From NCBI GenBank assembly GCA_029941465.1, contig JAPYQN010000003.1, positions 4,513 to 68,512 of the forward strand: 64,000 nt of DNA, written 5' to 3'. Shown here piece after piece: positions 56,482 through 64,000 of this stretch (its first letter is position 1; every line of letters starts with the position of its first letter). Under the pieces are notes generated by a model, which was given only the letters and a program-made list of their open reading frames with translations, searched no databases and was not told where the DNA came from. Position numbers and translations under genes: made by a program. Source of the DNA: Gammaproteobacteria bacterium. Its GTDB lineage: Bacteria > Pseudomonadota > Gammaproteobacteria > Steroidobacterales > UBA11654.

Positions 56482-58824
56482 GTGAGTCTTATAAAAAATA
56501 CAATTTTATTCTCTTTAGGCTTAGGTCTCGTCTTTCTTGTCATTTTCTTTTCAAGAACCACCTACATACCTGCAAATGGTTACAAGCCAGCAGTTCTATT
56601 AGATAAAGAGGGCGACCCAATCTCACTAAGAATTAAAGATGAACCTGTAGTTATCTTAACAGGCTGGGGGACACCTGAGGGTTTTAACAAGGCTTACGAT
56701 GATTATCTGTATTGGAGAACCTCAGGAGGCGAAAGAATAACTTCTCCGACTCAGGCTTGTACGCAATGGCATGTTGGATCATTTCCTTTTCAAGTAGAAA
56801 TTTCTCGATTGCCTTTTGCAGTTGGAAGAAAGGTTAAAGGCATGGAGAGATTATGGGATAGTGTTGGTGCCTATAGGATTAGCGAGGACAACAAGAGTTA
56901 CATACCGATAGTCGAGAATAAAGCAGGTGAGTTTCCTTATGCAGGAGGTGATGCAGAAATCCTTTATCAAAAGGATCTAGAGGGAATTGAAGTTATTGCT
57001 ATGAAAGATTATGTATCTGCAGCAGCATCTCGTGATACAGGTGGTTTTCCCTTAATAAGATATACACCTGATCCTAGAAATGGGAATGATTATTTAGAAG
57101 GAATCTTCCTCATCAAAAAATCAAATGGGGTTAATGATTATTATGAGATAGACAAAGCCTATAAAGCTCGTGTTGCTGGCATGATGGGTTGGGATCTTAA
57201 TGAGCCTGCATATTATCCAGAATACGATAAAGTTGAAGCTCCTCAAGATCCTTTTATAGAGAATTGGATTGGTGAATACTTTGATGACCAGATTCTTGTA
57301 CGAGAGGGTTATTATTCAAATGTTCCAGGTCTTACAAATCACCTAAAGGATACAATGCCTCGAATGGCTAGATATGGTTATCGAAAGATTGTTTTAGCTA
57401 AGCCGATTACTGATCACAATGTTTATGCAAATAATTTTTGGGATTTAAATTTGTCTTCCCAATCATTATGCAGAGCAGGGTTTGATGTTAATGACTTTGA
57501 TATCAATCAGGTCAGAATGTACGGTAGAACACCAGAATATAATCATATGATGCACAATAACTTAGAACGTCATTTGGATCATATTGACCCCGGTAGTGAA
57601 GTAGCAGTTATATACACTACATTCGGCTTACCTTGGCCAGGAGATAACCCTGTTGGTCCAATGTCAAATGCTGCACCTTTTATTCAAGAGGTCTTTCATG
57701 AGAATGCTTATCTAAATTTCCTCAGCTATAAACGCTATATTGAGCAAAATGAAAGAGAACATAAGATTTCTTTTTATAAAACCGGTGGATCAGGCAGTCC
57801 AGATGCAAGAACTAATAATTTATTTGCCTATGCATTATTCAGCGGAAAACAATTAGGGTATCCAGAAGATCCATTACGTTATATAAATCTTAGAGAAACT
57901 ATAGAGGACACAATCCTCAATCAGAAGAAAAAAGAGGTAATTATTCAATTGTCTCATTGGGGATATTCTTATTGGGTGTTAATCATCAATATGAGAGAAG
58001 CTTTAAATATTCCATTAAACTCAATTGAAGAAATACATCGAGGGGAATTAAGAATGACATGGTGTGAGAAACATCATGCACCTGGAGATTATGAACAAGT
58101 CCCAGCTGTTAATCATCAGTGCCCCGAAGGGTTTAGCAGAATTCAATTAATGGAGGCTTTTGAAGACTTTGTAGATGATATGGCAGTTAATTATGTCAAC
58201 AGGATTCGTGGAGGCATAGAGCGATTACAAATATATCCAAACCTTGGTATAAATATTGCCGCTAAAGGGCAAATTACTAAGTTAAACGGGGGCATTGTTG
58301 AGGTCAATAGTGGTGCTTTAGCGGGAGCAAAAATAGCAATCAATGCAGACCCTAATCCTAAAAAACCTATATCGTATACTTGGGATAATCGATGGCGTCC
58401 AGAAAGCGACAGAAACCCCAATACAGGCTCTGATGCTGTAAGAGCAATTAATGAGTACGATCAAATTTCAGATTATCTGGATAGTTCTAAAGATGATTTG
58501 ATTATTGTAATCGGAACTCAAGAAAAGGCTTCGCCCAGAGAAAAAATGCCAATACATCCAAATGCTATTTCTCAGGCAGTTTTTTTTGGTCCACATAGAA
58601 CAATTTTCAATGTACCCGCACTAATTACTATCCCTTATGACCAAGAGAAATTAAAGAACTCGGCTAATATCAAGCCACTTGTTTTCAATGAAATTACTCA
58701 GTCTTTTGAAATTCATCCTAAAGTCAGAAGAAATTATAATAATCAGTTAGATACAACACATGGCACGTTTACTTTTGAAACTCAGATTTTAGGTCAATTT
58801 ATTTTGGCAGAAATAAGCGATTAA
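56482..58824 (+). CDS. large N-terminally anchored protein of unknown function
   Basis: GTG start with AGGAG 7 nt upstream. 780 aa with a single N-terminal TM helix. No family recognised (speculative chelatase-like pattern, see findings). Confidence 0.6.
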   Translation: MSLIKNTILFSLGLGLVFLVIFFSRTTYIPANGYKPAVLLDKEGDPISLRIKDEPVVILTGWGTPEGFNKAYDDYLYWRTSGGERITSPTQACTQWHVGSFPFQVEISRLPFAVGRKVKGMERLWDSVGAYRISEDNKSYIPIVENKAGEFPYAGGDAEILYQKDLEGIEVIAMKDYVSAAASRDTGGFPLIRYTPDPRNGNDYLEGIFLIKKSNGVNDYYEIDKAYKARVAGMMGWDLNEPAYYPEYDKVEAPQDPFIENWIGEYFDDQILVREGYYSNVPGLTNHLKDTMPRMARYGYRKIVLAKPITDHNVYANNFWDLNLSSQSLCRAGFDVNDFDINQVRMYGRTPEYNHMMHNNLERHLDHIDPGSEVAVIYTTFGLPWPGDNPVGPMSNAAPFIQEVFHENAYLNFLSYKRYIEQNEREHKISFYKTGGSGSPDARTNNLFAYALFSGKQLGYPEDPLRYINLRETIEDTILNQKKKEVIIQLSHWGYSYWVLIINMREALNIPLNSIEEIHRGELRMTWCEKHHAPGDYEQVPAVNHQCPEGFSRIQLMEAFEDFVDDMAVNYVNRIRGGIERLQIYPNLGINIAAKGQITKLNGGIVEVNSGALAGAKIAINADPNPKKPISYTWDNRWRPESDRNPNTGSDAVRAINEYDQISDYLDSSKDDLIIVIGTQEKASPREKMPIHPNAISQAVFFGPHRTIFNVPALITIPYDQEKLKNSANIKPLVFNEITQSFEIHPKVRRNYNNQLDTTHGTFTFETQILGQFILAEISD

Positions 58825-58905
58825 ATATTTATGAGCACCATCACATATTTACACAAAATTTGCCGGAAATTATTACACCATCCCTGATGATGGAGAGCAT
58901 TTTAA

Positions 58906-59853
58906 CTATGATTCTCTTGAAGACGAATAATTTTTACCAATATGTTTTTCATTGCGTTGCCTAGCTAGTTCGATTTGTTTTTGTCTTTCACTGAACCTAA
59001 GTTTTCTTTCATCTGAATGCAAATCATAACAATTAGGGCAACTAATTCCTTCAAGGTATTTGTTACTTTTCATATCATCATCATCAATTGGCATTCTGCA
59101 GGCATGACACATTGAATAGTTTCCCTCAAGAAGTCCATGTTGTATCGAAACTCGATCATCAAAAACAAAACATTCACCTTCCCATAAACTATTTTCAAGA
59201 TTAATATTTTCTAGATATTTTAGGATCCCACCTTGAAGTTGAAAAACTTCTTCAAAACCTTCTTGTAATAAATAAGAAGATGCTTTTTCACATCTAATAC
59301 CACCTGTACAAAACATAGCCACCTTCTTTTTATTTTGCTTTTCCATTAGTGGTTTTAATTTTTTTTCAACCCATTTTGGGAACTCCCTGAATGAAGTTGT
59401 TGCAGGATCTACTGAGCCTTCAAAGCTTCCAATGGCATGTTCATATTGATTTCTCGTATCAATAACTAACATATTAGGATCTTGAATGATCTGATTCCAT
59501 TGCTCAGGAGAGACACTTGTTCCAGTCATTTGCCCAGGATTTACACTGTCCTTGCCCATTGAGACAATCTCTTTTTTTAGTCTGACTTTCATTCTTTTAA
59601 ATGTTTCACCCATCGCTTCTGAAAATTTAGGTTCTAAATCTAATAGCCGAGAGTCCTTTTTTAGCTCTTCAATGGTTGTGAGAATTCCTTCATGAGAACC
59701 CGAGATTGTTCCATTAATACCTTCAGGCGCTAATAATATGGTTCCAACAATGTTATTTTTTCGACAAATTTTCTCTAAGATAGGTTTTTTTTCTTGAAAG
59801 TCACTCCAATCAATAAATTTATAAAATGAAGCAATAATTTTTTTCTCAAGCAT
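58906..59853 (-). CDS. trhO: rhodanese-domain tRNA uridine(34) hydroxylase (YceA/TrhO, UPF0176)
   Basis: Active-site loop CTGGIRCEKAS and a C-terminal Cys cluster (CHAC...CPNC) typical of TrhO. Confidence 0.85.
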   Translation of the reverse strand: MLEKKIIASFYKFIDWSDFQEKKPILEKICRKNNIVGTILLAPEGINGTISGSHEGILTTIEELKKDSRLLDLEPKFSEAMGETFKRMKVRLKKEIVSMGKDSVNPGQMTGTSVSPEQWNQIIQDPNMLVIDTRNQYEHAIGSFEGSVDPATTSFREFPKWVEKKLKPLMEKQNKKKVAMFCTGGIRCEKASSYLLQEGFEEVFQLQGGILKYLENINLENSLWEGECFVFDDRVSIQHGLLEGNYSMCHACRMPIDDDDMKSNKYLEGISCPNCYDLHSDERKLRFSERQKQIELARQRNEKHIGKNYSSSRES

Positions 59854-59862
59854 CTATGGATT

Positions 59863-60870
59863 CTAAAAAGGTCTATTCACAGTAAATTCAGCAAGACTAA
59901 TTAATGCTTCTTTATACTGATTGTTTGGGAGCTGTTTTAAGGCCTCGATGGCTTTTATAGATGATTCTCTAGCTTTTGATTCTGTTAACGCAAGAGAACC
60001 TGTTTGTTCAATGCAATCTATTATTTCATTGCGATGAGAGGCATCTTTTTTTGTTATTGCATCACGGATGGTCATCTGCATTTCTGGGTTAGCTCTTTCT
60101 AAGGCATATATTAAAGGTAGCGTAGGTTTACCTTCAGACAGGTCATCACCCATTTCTTTTCCCATCATTTCGTATGAAGAACTATAATCTAGGGCATCAT
60201 CAATTAGTTGATAAGCCATACCTAGTTCTTGTCCATAAATATTTAAACTATCTTCAATTTTATTTGATTGACCAGCTAAAACACCTCCAATGGTAGCGGC
60301 TGATGCAAAGAGTTTTGCTGTTTTTCTATAGATAACTTCCAGATACTGTTCTTTGGTCGTGTCTGGATTACCGCAGTTAATAAGTTGCATTACTTCACCC
60401 TCAGCAATGGTGTTGGTAGCTTCAGACATAATCTCCATTATTCTCATATGTCCAATTTCAACCATAATCTGAAAGGCTCTTGAATATAAAAAGTCCCCAA
60501 CAAGAATAGTGGACTCATTTCCAAAATTTTTATGTGCAGTGATTGTTCCTCTTCTGGTAGCAGAATCATCAACTACATCATCATGAAGAAGCGTTGCAGT
60601 ATGAATAAATTCAATCATTGCAGCGGCTTTTATAGATTCTTGATTGTTGTTCTTACCGCATGCTCTATAGGCAAGTAAGACGATTAGAGGTCTTAATCTT
60701 TTTCCTCCACTATTTATAATATAGTGAGAAATGCTATTAATGAGACCAATATCACTATGCAGTTGATCTTGTATCTCTTTATTCATCGATACCCAGTCTT
60801 CTTTGACAAGGCTTCTTAATCCTTCAATTAAATTTTTCGATTGATTAACCTGTTCTATACTTTGAATCAT
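59863..60870 (-). CDS. ispB: octaprenyl-diphosphate synthase
   Basis: Two Asp-rich motifs (LLHDDVVDD, LIDDALD). Classical position divergent from rplU. Confidence 0.9.
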   Translation of the reverse strand: MIQSIEQVNQSKNLIEGLRSLVKEDWVSMNKEIQDQLHSDIGLINSISHYIINSGGKRLRPLIVLLAYRACGKNNNQESIKAAAMIEFIHTATLLHDDVVDDSATRRGTITAHKNFGNESTILVGDFLYSRAFQIMVEIGHMRIMEIMSEATNTIAEGEVMQLINCGNPDTTKEQYLEVIYRKTAKLFASAATIGGVLAGQSNKIEDSLNIYGQELGMAYQLIDDALDYSSSYEMMGKEMGDDLSEGKPTLPLIYALERANPEMQMTIRDAITKKDASHRNEIIDCIEQTGSLALTESKARESSIKAIEALKQLPNNQYKEALISLAEFTVNRPF

Positions 60871-60930
60871 AAATAAAAGTAATTTTTTAACTGTTTATAA
60901 TCAAGACAATATAACAAACCCTTAAAATTA

Positions 60931-60959
60931 TTGAATTAAAAAGCTTTAATCTATAGAAT
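60931..60959 (+). promoter_or_regulatory. candidate sigma-70 promoter of rplU-rpmA
   Basis: TTGAAT (60931-60936), 17-nt spacer, TAGAAT (60954-60959), 37 nt upstream of the rplU ATG. Chance match is possible in AT-rich DNA. Confidence 0.3.
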
Positions 60960-60995
60960 TGCCAGATTCTTGGGGTCAAGAGAAGGAAAAGATAA

Positions 60996-61352
60996 ATGTA
61001 TGCCGTGTTTAAATCAGGTGGAAAACAATACCGAGTCAGTAAGGGTGAAAAGCTAAAGCTGGAAAAGCTAGGTACTGAAGTTGGTAAGAAAGTTGTTTTT
61101 GAAGAAATTCTTTCTATCGGTGAAGGGAGTAAAATTAATATTGGAACTCCTTACCTAGTAAACGCCACTGTAGAAGCAAAAGTCCTAGAAGAAGGTAAAG
61201 GCAAGAAAATTGAAGTGGTGAAGTTTAAAAGGCGAAAGAACTATAAGCGTAATTTTGGACATCGACAAATTTATTCTTTAATTGAAATAACAGCCATTAA
61301 TCTTAAGAAAAAGACTGCTCCAAAGAAAACAAAGCAGCAAGCAGAAAAATAA
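60996..61352 (+). CDS. rplU: 50S ribosomal protein L21
   Basis: MYAVFKSGGKQYRVSKGE N-terminus is diagnostic. Lys-rich C-terminal tail. Confidence 0.95.
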   Translation: MYAVFKSGGKQYRVSKGEKLKLEKLGTEVGKKVVFEEILSIGEGSKINIGTPYLVNATVEAKVLEEGKGKKIEVVKFKRRKNYKRNFGHRQIYSLIEITAINLKKKTAPKKTKQQAEK

Positions 61353-61375
61353 TATAACGAATTAGGTTAAATATT

Positions 61376-61639
61376 ATGGCTCATAAAAAAGCAGGTGGAA
61401 GTACTAGAAACGGAAGAGATTCTGAATCCAAGAGATTAGGTGTCAAAAAATTTGGAGGGCAGTATGTTCAAGCGGGAAATATTATTGTTCGTCAAAGAGG
61501 AACTAAGTTTCATCCTGGAAAAAATGTTGGAATAGGAAAGGACCATACTTTGTTTGCTAAAATTGATGGAGAATTAAAGTTTGAAAAAAAAGGTCCAAAA
61601 ATGAGACAGTTCGCAACAGTTCATCCAATTTCTGAATAG
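61376..61639 (+). CDS. rpmA: 50S ribosomal protein L27
   Basis: [24 protein letters not shown] is diagnostic. Confidence 0.95.
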   Translation: MAHKKAGGSTRNGRDSESKRLGVKKFGGQYVQAGNIIVRQRGTKFHPGKNVGIGKDHTLFAKIDGELKFEKKGPKMRQFATVHPISE

Positions 61640-61661
61640 TTTATTGTTTATTTTTTAATAC

Positions 61662-61689
61662 AACCCCGCTTTTTTGCGGGGTTTTTTTA
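61662..61689 (+). terminator. rho-independent terminator/attenuator after rpmA
   Basis: Stem AACCCCGC (61662-61669), loop TTTTTT, stem GCGGGGTT (61676-61683), running into a T-tract. Confidence 0.8.
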
Positions 61690-61695
61690 TTATAG

Positions 61696-62730
<1,035 letters not shown>

Positions 62731-62735
62731 TTTAT

Positions 62736-62999
62736 TTAATTGATTAACTTGATGCCTTTGATCAATTTTCTTTTCTGATTAGCCGCTTTATTTTTATGAA
62801 TAAGACCTTTTCTCGCAAGAGAATCAATTAGTGGTTGGGTTTTTTTATACAGCTCAGTTGCCTCACCTGCATTTTTTTCATCAATTGCTTTAATTACTTT
62901 TTTTACAGAGGTACGCATCCTGCTCTTTAGAGCCATATTGTTTTCTCTATGCCTTTCGTTTTGCCTAACTCTTTTTTTTGCTGAACTGGTGTTCGCCAT
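62736..62999 (-). CDS. rpsT: 30S ribosomal protein S20
   Basis: MANTSSAKKRVRQNERHR N-terminus is diagnostic. Confidence 0.95.
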   Translation of the reverse strand: MANTSSAKKRVRQNERHRENNMALKSRMRTSVKKVIKAIDEKNAGEATELYKKTQPLIDSLARKGLIHKNKAANQKRKLIKGIKLIN

Positions 63000-63147
63000 T
63001 GTTTTTACCTATTCTTTACTCATGTTATAAAAAAGGGGTGTATTCTTTTATATTTTGTATGTCTTTGTCAATATTATTTGTTTATATATAAATAAATAGT
63101 TTTTTATATTAACCAACAATTTGACGGGGTAAATTAAGAAATAATTC

Positions 63148-64000
63148 ATGAATAATCAATCAAATGGAAGTAATTATCTTCTGAAGTCTACTACCACTGT
63201 AGGTTTCATGACTTTCTTATCAAGAGTTATGGGTCTGGTTAGAGATATTTGCTTTGCACGTTTGTTTGGTGCTTTTCCCATTATGGATGCTTTTTTTGTT
63301 GCTTTTAAAATACCAAATTCTTTTCGTCGTTTTTTTGCAGAGGGCGCATTTTCTAGGGCATTTATTCCTGTTCTTTCTGATTATGAACAGAATAAAAGTG
63401 AGTTAGAGACCCAGGAATTAATTGATAAAACATCTGGAACACTGGGCATTATTTTATTTTTAGTTACTTTGATTGGTGTTTTATTGGCCCCCTTACTGAT
63501 AATTATTTTTGCGCCAGGATTTTTTGAACAACAATCAGAGGTTCATGACCGGTACGATATAGCAGTTGATATGTTGCGGTTTACATTTCCTTATTTACTG
63601 TTTATTTCACTTACGGCTTTTGCAGGCGCAATCCTAAACACAAAAAAACATTTCTGGGCCACAGCTATTAATCCAGTAATTTTAAATATCGTGCTTATTA
63701 TTGCTGCAGGTTTTATTGCACCCAATTCTTCAAATCCTGGTCGAATATTAGCAATTGCAGTATTTATAGCAGGACTCATTCAACTGATCTTCTTGTTACC
63801 TTTCTTAAAAACAATGAATCGTCTGCCAAGACCCACTTGGGGATGGAATGATGAAGGCGTCAAAAGAATTATTAAACTTATGATCCCTTCTATGATTGGT
63901 AGCTCAGCTTCTCAGTTTAATTTATTATTTAATACACTTATCGCTTCGTTTCTTAGTGCTGGAAGTATTAGTTGGATATATTATTCTGATCGATTATTGG
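63148..64000 (+). CDS. murJ: lipid II flippase MurJ (5' partial, runs off window end)
   Basis: Not in the ORF track because no stop is reached. Hand translation from ATG 63148 gives MNNQSNGSNYLLKSTTTVGFMTFLSRVMGLVRDICFARLFGAFPIMDAFFVAFKIPNSFRRFFAEGAFSRAFIPVLS, the canonical MurJ N-terminus. Divergent from rpsT, as in many gammaproteobacteria. Confidence 0.85.
   Translation, partial: MNNQSNGSNYLLKSTTTVGFMTFLSRVMGLVRDICFARLFGAFPIMDAFFVAFKIPNSFRRFFAEGAFSRAFIPVLSDYEQNKSELETQELIDKTSGTLGIILFLVTLIGVLLAPLLIIIFAPGFFEQQSEVHDRYDIAVDMLRFTFPYLLFISLTAFAGAILNTKKHFWATAINPVILNIVLIIAAGFIAPNSSNPGRILAIAVFIAGLIQLIFLLPFLKTMNRLPRPTWGWNDEGVKRIIKLMIPSMIGSSASQFNLLFNTLIASFLSAGSISWIYYSDRLL

Overview
Gene-dense 64-kb chromosomal window (over 90% coding, GC in the high 30s percent by hand counts). 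It looks like a streamlined marine-type gammaproteobacterium. The taxonomic call is an inference from the core synteny at the right end: ispB, divergent rplU-rpmA-obg, rpsT, divergent murJ. I support about 62 protein genes, one tRNA-Arg(UCG), one clear rho-independent terminator, one strong Fur box and two tentative promoters. I saw no rRNA, CRISPR array, transposase, integrase, phage gene or recognisable transcription factor. Confidently recognised content: 5-oxoprolinase pxpABC; a complete propionyl-CoA to succinyl-CoA operon (mutase, pccB, pccA, meaB, epimerase); ilvD; an orphan pyruvate dehydrogenase E1; gloA; isoaspartyl peptidase; trhO; ispB; ribosomal proteins L21, L27 and S20; obg; and the 5' part of murJ. 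The best-supported unusual system is a complete coenzyme F420 module on the minus strand (fno, cofE, cofD, cofC, fused fbiC). It is translationally coupled to the end of ilvD, and a luciferase-like F420-type oxidoreductase lies 2 kb away. Other poorly explained loci: (1) a six-gene operon MFS / alpha-beta hydrolase / cytochrome b561-like / anchored cytochrome c / DUF1838-like / MFS; (2) an operon of FAD monooxygenase, unknown polytopic membrane protein and two tandem Rieske oxygenases with no reductase; (3) two 771-aa CBM9-like/DUF5916-type outer-membrane paralogues, one start/stop-coupled to a FabD-like acyltransferase, the other behind a His/Met-rich acidic protein and a DUF4389 protein; (4) a divergent locus where two unrelated proteins both end in a domain resembling the C-terminal domain of protochlorophyllide reductase subunit B, next to a cytochrome c fusion, an ICMT-type methyltransferase and a Kdo/RIO-like kinase; (5) a Tat-exported flavoprotein / microprotein / PCuAC / SCO copper-chaperone operon; (6) a 780-aa anchored orphan protein. 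All family assignments come from motifs read by eye and remembered family signatures. No database search was run.
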